From: Nanobdellota archaeon
GTDB taxonomy: Archaea; Nanobdellota; Nanobdellia; Woesearchaeales; GW2011-AR15
Assembly: GCA_013335235.1 (NCBI GenBank)
Contig: JAAXVZ010000001.1
Span: forward strand, 1-31,364
Direction of reading: 5' to 3'
DNA length: 31,364 nucleotides
A program made the translations under genes and the position numbers. Below are positions 1-8,687 of this stretch, piece by piece; the stretch's first letter is position 1, and each line of letters opens with the position of its first letter. The notes beneath the pieces are model-generated. The model did no database searches. It worked only from the letters and a program-made list of their open reading frames with translations, and was not told where the DNA came from.

Positions 1-1215
1 CCCGAACTCTTGGCATATCGCTAGCATCAGCGTCACTTGGTTGACAAATGACTTTGTCGCTGCGACGCATATCTCCTGCCCTGCGACTATATTCAAGGAA
101 GCTTCAGACATCCTCTGCACAGAGGAGTATGGCACATTGACAATCGACACGATCTTTGCGTTGTTCTTTTTTGCGTATTTCAATGCCTCTATGACATCCT
201 TTGTCTCTCCGGATTGGGAGATTGCAATGACAAGTGTGTCTTTGTCTACGCCGATGAAGTGCTCGAACTCTGACGCTATTATCGTTTGCGCATCAACCTT
301 GCATTTGTGCAGGTAATAGACACCAAGGAGCGAAGCATGGTAGCTTGTGCCGGCAGCGACAAATGTGATTTTGTTTGCCTTTCTCATAAGTGACAGGAAC
401 TTCGCAAACGCGTCCTTCTGGTCTGTCTTCAGGCTTGTCAGAAGACGCTTGACAGTTACAGGCTCTTCCATTATCTCCTTTATCATGAAATGGGGATACT
501 CATCTTGGGTTGATTCTTCCTGGCTCCATTTGAAGGTCTGGACAGCCTTTTTCATCTCCTTTCCTTCCTTGTTATAGAATTGGAAATGATCGTCCCCTAT
601 TACCGCGAACTCATCATTCTCAAAGAAGATAGCCATGTTGGTGACATCAGAGAATGCGTATATGTCTGAGCCAAGGAAGCAGGCTTTTTCTCCGACACCC
701 AGGACTAGTGGCGAGTCTCTCCTTAGGGCATATATGCAAGGGTCTTTATCTACCATCATGAGTATGGCGAATTCTCCTTTTATGTCCCTGATGAAGTCTA
801 CACAGGCGTCTTTTACGCTTTTTGTTTTTAGCTTTTCCTCAAAATAATGCACAGCGACCTCTGTATCTGTCTGGCTCAGGAATTTATGGCCCCTTTTGGT
901 TAGCTCTTCTTTCAGTTCAGCATAGTTCTCTATGATCCCGTTGTGTATTAGGGTCACTTTCTTGTCGCAGGATTGGTGGGGGTGGGCATTTGCGTCTGTC
1001 ACGCCTCCGTGTGTCGCCCACCTTGTATGCGTGATTATCTTCTTTGTCCTATCTTTTGTGTCAGGGACTTTTATCTCTCCTATTTTTTTATACAATGTTT
1101 TTCCATCAAAGTATCCGAAAGAGTCGTAACCCCTATATTCAAGCCTCTTTAGCCTCTTTATGGCATCGACAACATAAAATTCCTCTTTTGAGTTTATTCC
1201 GACAATACCGCACAT
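1..1215 (-). CDS. glmS: Glutamine--fructose-6-phosphate aminotransferase (isomerising), N-terminal 405 codons; the 3' end runs off the window
   Basis: Absent from the ORF track because it stays open to nt 1. My reverse-complement translation from ATG 1215-1213 gives MCGIVGINSKEEFYVVDAIKRLKRLEYRGYDSFGY... It has the Cys2 Ntn-amidotransferase start, HTRWATHG, HNGIIENY, and the SIS-domain motif ISQSGETKD. Confidence 0.9.
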   Translation of the reverse strand, partial: MCGIVGINSKEEFYVVDAIKRLKRLEYRGYDSFGYFDGKTLYKKIGEIKVPDTKDRTKKIITHTRWATHGGVTDANAHPHQSCDKKVTLIHNGIIENYAELKEELTKRGHKFLSQTDTEVAVHYFEEKLKTKSVKDACVDFIRDIKGEFAILMMVDKDPCIYALRRDSPLVLGVGEKACFLGSDIYAFSDVTNMAIFFENDEFAVIGDDHFQFYNKEGKEMKKAVQTFKWSQEESTQDEYPHFMIKEIMEEPVTVKRLLTSLKTDQKDAFAKFLSLMRKANKITFVAAGTSYHASLLGVYYLHKCKVDAQTIIASEFEHFIGVDKDTLVIAISQSGETKDVIEALKYAKKNNAKIVSIVNVPYSSVQRMSEASLNIVAGQEICVAATKSFVNQVTLMLAICQEFG

Positions 1216-1249
1216 TTCATTTCACCTTCCTGAGCAATTATAATCTAAA

Positions 1250-2431
1250 TCATACAATATCTTTTATGACAATCTCTCCTGGCAGCGTCATTTTTTCCGG
1301 CCAGATCTTCCTTCCTGGATAGATGCTAGTATGGATGCCTGTATGTACCTTATCACCGACAACTGTGCCAAGTTTCCTCCTGCCAGTATCTATTATTGTA
1401 TCCTTGACCTGGCTTCTAACATTTGCATTATCATGTTTCAGGTTCGCTGTTATTGTGCCAGCGCCAAAGTTGACATGGTCCCCAATTATAGAGTCACCGA
1501 CATAGGATAGGTGTCCTATAGACGTATTATCCCCTATAATAGAATTCTTGACTTCAACAGCATTCCCTATCTTAGAATAATTTCCAATTGTGGTGTTTGC
1601 CCTAATGTAGCAGTTTGGCCCGATCTTGCAGTTATCACCAATGATGACCGGTCCTTCTATATATGCACCTGCAAGGATCCTTGTCCCTTTCCCTATCTGG
1701 ACAGTCCCTATTATTGTTGCTCCAGACTCTACTTTGCCTTTTTTTGAAGGTATGATTTTTCCAAGGAGCGCGTCATTTGCATCAAGCAGGCTCCAAGGAT
1801 AGGTTATTGGAAGCCAGGAACTGGCTCTCTCAAAGAAAACATCCTCTTTCTTTTCAAGCAAAAACCTGATATAGTCAACTATCTCAAACTCTCCTCTCTT
1901 TGATTTCTGGAGGGTATGGGTAAATATGTCTTTATCAAGTACATATAATCCTGTATTGGCCAGCCCCTTTATTTGAGTGGCTGGCTTTTCAACTAGCTTA
2001 TCAACAAGGTTTCCCTTGATTGATATCTCTCCAAATTGAGAGATGTTCTCAACCTCTTTTCCAAGCAGGCAATATCTGTGTCCAAGGCATTTTTTTATGT
2101 CTGCCCCTGCGAAAAGGTCATCTCCGTTCAATACAATGAACCTTTCTTCAAGGAGCTCTTTTGCCGTGAGGAGCGCGCCGCCAGTTCCATTTGGAATTTC
2201 CTGCTCAACATATGTTATCTTTATTTTTTTGTAGCTATCTTTGAATTCAGACTTGATCATCTCTTTCTTGTATCCGACAATCAGGATTGCTTTGTCAACA
2301 ATCCCTTGCAGCTCTTCCAGGTTGTGTGCCAATATTGTTTTGTTTGCGACTCTGAGGAGCGGCTTTGGCTTCGTCAATGTCAATGGATATGTCCTTGTTG
2401 AGTTTCCCGCGCACATGATTACAGCTTGCAT
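1250..2431 (-). CDS. Archaeal-type bifunctional sugar-1-phosphate nucleotidylyltransferase/acetyltransferase (GlmU-like)
   Basis: 393 aa. The N-terminal nucleotidyltransferase fold reads MCAGNSTRTYPLTLTKPKPLL. The C-terminal left-handed beta-helix has hexapeptide repeats (IGDNCKIGPNCYI, IGNYSKIGNAVEV, IGDNTSIGHLSYV, IGDHVNFGAGTI). It lies between glmS and glmM. Confidence 0.8.
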   Translation of the reverse strand: MQAVIMCAGNSTRTYPLTLTKPKPLLRVANKTILAHNLEELQGIVDKAILIVGYKKEMIKSEFKDSYKKIKITYVEQEIPNGTGGALLTAKELLEERFIVLNGDDLFAGADIKKCLGHRYCLLGKEVENISQFGEISIKGNLVDKLVEKPATQIKGLANTGLYVLDKDIFTHTLQKSKRGEFEIVDYIRFLLEKKEDVFFERASSWLPITYPWSLLDANDALLGKIIPSKKGKVESGATIIGTVQIGKGTRILAGAYIEGPVIIGDNCKIGPNCYIRANTTIGNYSKIGNAVEVKNSIIGDNTSIGHLSYVGDSIIGDHVNFGAGTITANLKHDNANVRSQVKDTIIDTGRRKLGTVVGDKVHTGIHTSIYPGRKIWPEKMTLPGEIVIKDIV

Positions 2432-2432
2432 C

Positions 2433-3203
2433 TTAATCAGCCTCCTTCAGGATATCTAACATCTGCTTGTGCAGGATGCTGTTTGAAGCGACTATCTGTG
2501 AAAAATCAGCTGTGTCCTTTCCAGAAAAATCCGTGAATCTCCCGCCTGCTTCAGTCAGGATCAGGAGTCCTGCTGCAGTGTCCATAACCTTGAGTCCTAG
2601 CTCCCAATAAGCGTCAAATCTGCCGCAGGCGACATAACAGGTGTCAATGGCTGCAGAACCGGTTCTTCGTATCTCTCCTACCTTCTTTGCCATCTTGTTG
2701 AAATATTTCAGGTTGTCCACATCTGAGGACAGGCGCGAGTATGGAAACCCCGTTGACACAAGCGCTTTTTGCATTGTATCTATGCCAGACACATGTATCT
2801 TCTCCCCATTCAGGAATGCGCCCTTGCCTGCTTCTGCAGAGAAGACCTCTCTTAGGTATGGGACATTCACTACACCCACCATCGGCTTGTCTTTCTTGTA
2901 TAATGCAATAGATATAGAGAATAGCGGGAAGTTATGCGAAAAGCTTGTGGTGCCATCTATAGGGTCTATTATCCACCTGTATTCTGAGCCAGTATTCAGG
3001 AGGCCTTCTTCTTCAGTCACAAAAGAATGGTCTGGGAAATAAGACTTCAGTTTTTTAACGATGTACTTCTCAGACGCGATGTCTGCATTAGTCACCGGAT
3101 CTATCTCTCCCTTCCACCTGATAGATTTCTCTTTGTTGTAGTAGGACATCACGATCCTCTTCGCTCCTTCTGAAGCCTTTAGCGCAGCGTCAAGATAGTT
3201 CAT
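2433..3203 (-). CDS. Inositol monophosphatase family protein (archaeal IMPase/FBPase type)
   Basis: Carries the family motifs WIIDPIDGTTSF and DTAAG. I prefer ATG 3203 (MNYLDAALKA...) over the track start 3233. That start overlaps the glmM stop by 14 nt. Confidence 0.8.
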   Translation of the reverse strand: MNYLDAALKASEGAKRIVMSYYNKEKSIRWKGEIDPVTNADIASEKYIVKKLKSYFPDHSFVTEEEGLLNTGSEYRWIIDPIDGTTSFSHNFPLFSISIALYKKDKPMVGVVNVPYLREVFSAEAGKGAFLNGEKIHVSGIDTMQKALVSTGFPYSRLSSDVDNLKYFNKMAKKVGEIRRTGSAAIDTCYVACGRFDAYWELGLKVMDTAAGLLILTEAGGRFTDFSGKDTADFSQIVASNSILHKQMLDILKEAD

Positions 3204-4533
3204 TTCTGATCTCCGAGGCGATCCTCTCTGCAATCTCAGTTATCTTCTTCAAATCTTTCCCTTCTATTGTCACGCGGCAGAGCATCTCTGTTCCGCTATA
3301 TCTGACAATGTATCTGCCCTCTTTTCCGAGTTTCTTTTCAGCGGCTTTTATCTCGGCAGCGATCTTCGGGATGGTTTCAAGAGGCCTCTTCTCCTTCACT
3401 TTCACATTGACTGTGATTTGTGGATATTTTTCAAGGACAGAGCAAAGGATGCTGAGTTTCTTGCCTTGCTCTTTCATTATCCTGAGCACCTGGAGCGCTG
3501 CAATTGTCCCGTCTCCTGTCGAGTTATAGTCTGAGAAGATGATGTGTCCTGAGAATTCTCCTCCAAGGTTATATTTTCCGCGGACCATTTCCTCTATCAC
3601 ATACCTGTCTCCGTTCTTTGTCCGTACGACCTTCCCACCGTTCTCTTTTATGAGCGCGTCAAATGCAAGATTTGTGTATTCTGTCACAACAACTGTTTTC
3701 TTATTTAGCCTGTTTCGAGCCAGACCTGTTAGTGCAGCAATCGCGATTATATGGTCTCCGTCTATTGTCTTTCCTGTCTCATCAACCATTATCACCCTGT
3801 CTGCATCGCCATCAAGGGCGATTCCGCAATCTGCCTTCGTTTTCTTCACTTCAGCTGTCAATGTATCCAGATAGAGCGCGCCGCATTCCTTGTTTATGTT
3901 GTGCCCATCTGGCAGGTTCCCTATAAGGACGACTTCTGCGCCAAGTTCCCTGAATATCAAAGGCGCGACCTTATATGCTGCCCCATTTGCGCAGTCCAGG
4001 ACAAGTTTTATCCCTTTCAAGGACATATTATTTATCGTGCCTTTTGCGAATTCTATATACCTCGCGCCTGCATCTTCTATCCTATAAGCCCTCCCAATTT
4101 CTTTTGAGGTGACGTGGTCTGTAGAAAGGTCAGTGAAGACAAGCTTCTCTATCTTGTCCTCTACTTCATCAGGCAATTTGAAACCCTCAAAATTGAAGAA
4201 CTTTATCCCGTTGTCGTCTGCGGGATTATGGGATGCAGATATCATGATTCCGGCATCACAAGCAAAGCTCCTCGTGAGGTGCGCGACGGCCGGCGTCGGC
4301 ACTGGCCCGACAAGATAGACATCTGCGCCCATTGAAGTCAGGCCAGAAGTCAGGGCGAACTCCAGCATGTAGCCAGATAGCCTTGTATCTTTGCCTATCA
4401 GGAACACGGGTTTCCTGTTTTCAGTATTCCTTAGGACGATTGCCGCTGCTTTCCCTAGCTTCAGGGCAATCTCTGCAGTGATAGGGTACTTATTGGCTTT
4501 TCCGCGCACGCCGTCTGTTCCAAAGAGTCTCAT
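3190..4533 (-). CDS. glmM: Phosphoglucosamine mutase (alpha-D-phosphohexomutase family)
   Basis: N-terminus MRLFGTDGVRG, catalytic-serine loop SASHNPADDNGIKFF, and Mg site ALDGDADRV. The track start is 4539 (MCM...). ATG 4533 sits about 26 nt from a TATA-like box and matches typical GlmM N-termini. Confidence 0.8.
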   Translation of the reverse strand: MRLFGTDGVRGKANKYPITAEIALKLGKAAAIVLRNTENRKPVFLIGKDTRLSGYMLEFALTSGLTSMGADVYLVGPVPTPAVAHLTRSFACDAGIMISASHNPADDNGIKFFNFEGFKLPDEVEDKIEKLVFTDLSTDHVTSKEIGRAYRIEDAGARYIEFAKGTINNMSLKGIKLVLDCANGAAYKVAPLIFRELGAEVVLIGNLPDGHNINKECGALYLDTLTAEVKKTKADCGIALDGDADRVIMVDETGKTIDGDHIIAIAALTGLARNRLNKKTVVVTEYTNLAFDALIKENGGKVVRTKNGDRYVIEEMVRGKYNLGGEFSGHIIFSDYNSTGDGTIAALQVLRIMKEQGKKLSILCSVLEKYPQITVNVKVKEKRPLETIPKIAAEIKAAEKKLGKEGRYIVRYSGTEMLCRVTIEGKDLKKITEIAERIASEIRNELS

Positions 4534-4553
4534 GCACATAATTCATCCAGCGA

Positions 4554-4564
4554 CCTATAAAAGC
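4554..4564 (-). promoter_or_regulatory. TATA-like box (gcttttatagg on the minus strand) for the glmM operon
   Basis: A/T-rich box centred about 26 nt upstream of ATG 4533. No SD motif lies between them, so a leaderless transcript is inferred. Confidence 0.45.
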
Positions 4565-4666
4565 TTAATTACAACTTAATTTATAGCATAATTGCCGCCT
4601 TTTCCTTACTTTCGACGACAGGGAATGTTATCTTATTTTTAGTTTTGGTCAAGATGTTATAAAAAA

Positions 4667-4676
4667 TTATATAAAT
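4667..4676 (+). promoter_or_regulatory. TATA-like box (ttatataaat) for the GNAT/wHTH pair
   Basis: Centred about 27 nt upstream of ATG 4698, in a very A/T-rich divergent spacer (4540-4697). Confidence 0.4.
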
Positions 4677-4697
4677 ATTATAATATTTCTTATAATA

Positions 4698-5183
4698 ATG
4701 GAAAATAAGGGAAAAATCAAGATTGTGCAGGCAAGAGAAGGCGATATCTCTCTAATACTCGTTTTCATAAAAGCATTGGCAGAGTATGAGAAGCTGTCAG
4801 ATCAGGTTGTGGCTACAGAGGAGACCTTGAAAGAGTGCCTGTTCCGGAAAAAATACGCAGAGTGCGTCCTTGCTTATGTTGACGATACGCCTGCAGGTTT
4901 TGCGTTGTTCTTCCATAACTTTTCGACATTCCTTGGGAAGCCAGGCCTTTATCTTGAAGATCTGTTCGTGAAGCCGGAATTCAGGGGGAATGGGGTTGGC
5001 AAAGCGCTTCTAAGGCACCTCGCCAAATTGGCAAAAGAGCGCGGGTGCGGAAGGTTTGAATGGTGGGTCCTTGATTGGAACACTCCTTCTATCGAGTTTT
5101 ACAAGAAGATGGGCGCTGTAGCCATGGACGAGTGGACTGTCTTTCGTATAACAGGGCCAGCATTGGATAAGCTTGCAAGATGA
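4698..5183 (+). CDS. GNAT family N-acetyltransferase
   Basis: 161 aa. The acetyl-CoA binding motif A is FVKPEFRGNGVGKALLRHL, and the overall layout is typical of GNAT proteins. Confidence 0.8.
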   Translation: MENKGKIKIVQAREGDISLILVFIKALAEYEKLSDQVVATEETLKECLFRKKYAECVLAYVDDTPAGFALFFHNFSTFLGKPGLYLEDLFVKPEFRGNGVGKALLRHLAKLAKERGCGRFEWWVLDWNTPSIEFYKKMGAVAMDEWTVFRITGPALDKLAR

Positions 5184-6103
5184 AATCCTATCTCTTAAAA
5201 GAAAAGGAGGGCAGATACCTGGTTAGCGAGGCGATCCTTGTAGACAACCCAGAGTCGCTGAAGCTGATTGACCACCCAATCCGGATCAGGATACTCAACC
5301 TGCTTGCGAAAAGGCCGATGTACCCGGCAGAGCTTGCAAAAGAGCTCAGGATGCATGAACAAAAGGTCTATTATCACATCAAGCAGATGTCCAACTCCGG
5401 ATTATTGGATATTGTAGAGAGGCAGGAGATAAGGGGCACGACAGCAAAGAAATTTGCGCCAAAGGCTCTGAATTTCGGGTTCTCGCTTTCAAAGGACTGG
5501 AAAGATATCAGGAGCCTCCTGGAAAAGCGGGATAGAGAGATAGAGTCTTTCCTGTTCCCTTTTGTGAAAGAGAGCTTCCTGGACGCGTCTATTGTTGTCG
5601 GAAGCCCAGACCCTCACGGACCACATAAAGCAAGGGCAAGAGACGGGCATTACGCAATAGATCTTGCGCTTTTCCTGGGGCAGCACTGTACTAGCGATTC
5701 TTTTTCAGCAAAGCTGGATGTTGATATTGATCTGAAAACCTCCGGAAACCTGATACTGGTCGGAGGACCGGTCACAAACCTTGTTGTCTCGAAACTCAAT
5801 GAGTTCCTGCCAGCAAAGTTCTCAGATGACAAGCCATGGGGAATCATCTCAAAACTGAAGACCTATACAGAAGAGTCTGTCGGCATGGTATGCCGCTTCC
5901 CTAACCCATTTAATCCAGAGAAATATATAATGGTCATAGCTGGAATAAGGTTCATCGGGACAAAAGCAGCTGTCCTTGCCATAACAAAGCACACAAAGCA
6001 AGTGATTTATAGGTTTACAGGCCAGAAGGAGTTCTGCGCAATAGTCCAAGGGTTTGACTTAGATGCAGATGGGAAGATTGATAGTATTGAAGTGCTTGAG
6101 TGA
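5180..6103 (+). CDS. Winged-helix (ArsR-like) DNA-binding protein with a ~200-aa uncharacterised C-terminal domain
   Basis: The N-terminal region LKLIDHPIRIRILNLLAKRPMYPAELAKELRMHEQKVYYHIKQM is a classic ArsR-type HTH. The C-terminal domain has no motif I recognise. Its ATG overlaps the GNAT stop (ATGA at 5180-5183). Confidence 0.6.
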   Translation: MKSYLLKEKEGRYLVSEAILVDNPESLKLIDHPIRIRILNLLAKRPMYPAELAKELRMHEQKVYYHIKQMSNSGLLDIVERQEIRGTTAKKFAPKALNFGFSLSKDWKDIRSLLEKRDREIESFLFPFVKESFLDASIVVGSPDPHGPHKARARDGHYAIDLALFLGQHCTSDSFSAKLDVDIDLKTSGNLILVGGPVTNLVVSKLNEFLPAKFSDDKPWGIISKLKTYTEESVGMVCRFPNPFNPEKYIMVIAGIRFIGTKAAVLAITKHTKQVIYRFTGQKEFCAIVQGFDLDADGKIDSIEVLE

Positions 6104-6153
6104 TTTGTAAGTATAGGTCCTCATTTGTCTTATCAATGATTCAATTATCAAAA

Positions 6154-6164
6154 CCTATTTAAAC
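6154..6164 (+). promoter_or_regulatory. TATA-like box (cctatttaaac) for the hydrogenase operon
   Basis: Centred about 26 nt upstream of the GTG start at 6186, with no SD in between. Confidence 0.4.
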
Positions 6165-6185
6165 CCCTCTCCTAAATAATTCTTT

Positions 6186-7142
6186 GTGGATGCCTTATAC
6201 AGACTCGAAGCAGACAAGCTAGACATTTTTCTGCAGAGCCTTGGCCCAGATATCTATGCGCCGGTGAAGACAGACGCAATACGGTTCCAGAAGATCTCTT
6301 CTGTCAAGGAAGCAGACCTGACCGCGCTGGCAGATGTCCCTGTCAAGGATTTCTTTTTCAGGCAGAGAGAGCAGCTTTTCAAGTTCACAAAAGGGAAGAT
6401 TGCGACAGAGATCAAGGACGCACCTTTCAGGATATTTTTTGGCCTCAGGAGGTGCGACCTGAATGCAGTGAAGCACCAGGATTTCATCTTCATAGAAAAG
6501 TACAAGGACCCGTATTACACAGCGCAGAGGAAAAACACCCTGCTTTTCGGATATCACTGCGATGAGGCTTTGAATAAGTACTGCTTCTGTGGGTCTATGG
6601 GGCTTGAAGAGTACCATGATATAATGTTCTTTGACAAGAAAAAATACTTCCTTTTGAATCCAGGATCAAAGGTCGGTCAGAAGATAGTATCAGAAGCGAA
6701 ACTGAAAAGAGCCGGGACATTAAAGAAAAAAGACACCATACCAAAAGGGACAGATAGGCTGGAGAAAAAAGATATCTCTAAGTTATTTGAGAACTCGCTA
6801 TGGGAAAAAGGGGCAGATGAATGCCTCAGCTGCTCAGCATGCACCTCGCTTTGCCCTACATGCTATTGCCATGAAGTGAAGGACGATGTCAAGCTCTCTG
6901 ACCTGAAATCAGGAGAGAGGACAAGGGAATGGTCAAGCTGCCAGCTCAAGAGTTTCACAAGGGTTGCGGGTGAGCATGTCTTCAGGGAGAAGCGTGTCGA
7001 TAGGTTCAAACATAGGATATATCATCAACTTGTATATTTCAAGGAGAGATACGGTGTCAACATGTGCGTAGGTTGCGGACGCTGCATCACGCACTGCCCG
7101 ACAACAATAGATTTTGTAAGTCTGATAAACAAGATGAAATGA
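6186..7142 (+). CDS. hydB: Group 3b [NiFe]-hydrogenase (sulfhydrogenase-type) beta subunit, 4Fe-4S protein (AsrA-like)
   Basis: 318 aa with a GTG start. It has two Cys clusters, CLSCSACTSLCPTCYC and CVGCGRCITHCP. It is the first gene of a beta-gamma-delta-alpha order, as in the Pyrococcus sulfhydrogenase. Confidence 0.75.
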   Translation: MDALYRLEADKLDIFLQSLGPDIYAPVKTDAIRFQKISSVKEADLTALADVPVKDFFFRQREQLFKFTKGKIATEIKDAPFRIFFGLRRCDLNAVKHQDFIFIEKYKDPYYTAQRKNTLLFGYHCDEALNKYCFCGSMGLEEYHDIMFFDKKKYFLLNPGSKVGQKIVSEAKLKRAGTLKKKDTIPKGTDRLEKKDISKLFENSLWEKGADECLSCSACTSLCPTCYCHEVKDDVKLSDLKSGERTREWSSCQLKSFTRVAGEHVFREKRVDRFKHRIYHQLVYFKERYGVNMCVGCGRCITHCPTTIDFVSLINKMK

Positions 7143-7942
7143 AAGCCGACTACCTTCCGCAATCCGTGAAAGTCCTTCAGAAGAGGGATGAGTCTGCAGA
7201 CACATTCACCTTGAGGTTAGGGATGAAAGTCGATCATGACCCAGGCCAGTTCATCCAGGTCAGCATTCCGGGGATTGGAGAGGCGCCAATCTCTATTTCC
7301 TCATACTCAAAAGACTATCTGGAGATATCTATAAGGAAAGTAGGCAATGTCACAAACGCGCTGCATGGGGTAAAAAAAGGCTCAAGCCTGTTTGTGCGTG
7401 GACCATATGGCAGGGGCTATCAGATGTCTAAACTTAAAGGCAAAGGCATTGTCTTCATAGGAGGCGGCTGCGGAGTCGCGCCGCTCAAGGGAGCGATAGA
7501 GTATGTCGAGAAGAACAGGAAGGACTTCAAGGAGATAGATCTTTTTTTAGGATTCAGGAGTCCAGGAGACATACTATTTACCTCAAGGCATAAAGATTGG
7601 GAAAACCACTTCAATGTGCACATGAGTGTTGATCAGATACCAAGTAAGACCTGTTATTCTGGGAATGTCGGCTTCATCACAGACACGCTGAACAAGACGC
7701 CGATACAGGCAAAAGGCACAGTCGCATTCATATGCGGTCCGCCGATAATGATGACAAAGTCAATACAGCTCCTTGCGGCAAAAGGCTTCAAGGACACGCA
7801 GATCTATGTTTCAGAAGAGAAGCTCATGTACTGCGCATTCGGATTATGCTGCCATTGCATGGATAAAGGAAATCTGACATGCCTGGATGGTCCAGTTTTC
7901 AGATATGATGAGATAGTGAGGTCTCGCGATGGGAAGGCTTAG
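7139..7942 (+). CDS. hydG: Hydrogenase gamma subunit, FAD/NAD(P)-binding oxidoreductase with a C-terminal 2Fe-2S site (PyrK/AsrB-like)
   Basis: I prefer ATG 7139 (MKADYLPQ...), which overlaps the beta stop in ATGAAATGA. It has a ferredoxin-reductase-type fold (GIGEAPIS, FIGGGCGVAPL). The C-terminal Cys cluster is CAFGLCCHCMDKGNLTC. Confidence 0.75.
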   Translation: MKADYLPQSVKVLQKRDESADTFTLRLGMKVDHDPGQFIQVSIPGIGEAPISISSYSKDYLEISIRKVGNVTNALHGVKKGSSLFVRGPYGRGYQMSKLKGKGIVFIGGGCGVAPLKGAIEYVEKNRKDFKEIDLFLGFRSPGDILFTSRHKDWENHFNVHMSVDQIPSKTCYSGNVGFITDTLNKTPIQAKGTVAFICGPPIMMTKSIQLLAAKGFKDTQIYVSEEKLMYCAFGLCCHCMDKGNLTCLDGPVFRYDEIVRSRDGKA

Positions 7943-8687
7943 GATAGGGTTTTACGGCTTGACAGGCTGCGCAGGATGCCAGCTCTCAGTCATCTTCAAT
8001 GAGGATGAACTCTTAGACATAATCAAGCTCTTTGACATACGCGCCTTCCCTTTCATCAAGGCTAGCAATGATGAAGAGCGCTTTGATCTTGTTTTCATGG
8101 AAGGCCTTGTAGCATCGCCGCATGATATCGAGACACTGACACGCATCAGGGCTAAGACTAAGACGCTTGTAGCGCTTGGAGCATGCGCGCACTCAGGCTG
8201 CATACCAGCATATAGGTCCTTTACATTGAAAGAGAACTATGAACACCTTCTTTATTCAAAAGCAAAGGACATCGCAGATGTCGAGCCTGAGCCTATAAGC
8301 AAACATGTGAAGGTTGATTATGTCCTTCCAGGCTGCCCACCAGATAAAAAAGAGATATTGCATTTCATGAAAGAGATCGCCCTTGGGAAGACACCTAAGT
8401 TCAACCACAATCCAGTCTGTGTCGAATGCAGGCTCAACGGGAATGACTGTCTCTTGATACACGGGAAACCTTGTATGGGCCCGATTACAAGCGGAGGCTG
8501 CCATGCAGTTTGTGTCACAGGCGGGTTTGAATGCTGGGGATGCAGGGGGCCGACAGGGGATGCCAACTACAAGGCATATATTGCGCTGCTCAAGAAGAAA
8601 GGGTACAAAAAAGAATTCATCAAGACACGTATGATGATGTTTGCAGGAAAGATACAGCCAGAAGAGATGAAAGCATGCCTTCAATAA
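7929..8687 (+). CDS. hydD: Hydrogenase delta (small, Fe-S) subunit
   Basis: The N-terminal GLTGCAGCQ motif is typical of F420/NAD-reducing-type small subunits. Distal Cys clusters are CVECRLNGNDC and GGCHAVC...CWGCRG. It overlaps the gamma stop by 14 nt. Confidence 0.75.
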   Translation: MGRLRIGFYGLTGCAGCQLSVIFNEDELLDIIKLFDIRAFPFIKASNDEERFDLVFMEGLVASPHDIETLTRIRAKTKTLVALGACAHSGCIPAYRSFTLKENYEHLLYSKAKDIADVEPEPISKHVKVDYVLPGCPPDKKEILHFMKEIALGKTPKFNHNPVCVECRLNGNDCLLIHGKPCMGPITSGGCHAVCVTGGFECWGCRGPTGDANYKAYIALLKKKGYKKEFIKTRMMMFAGKIQPEEMKACLQ

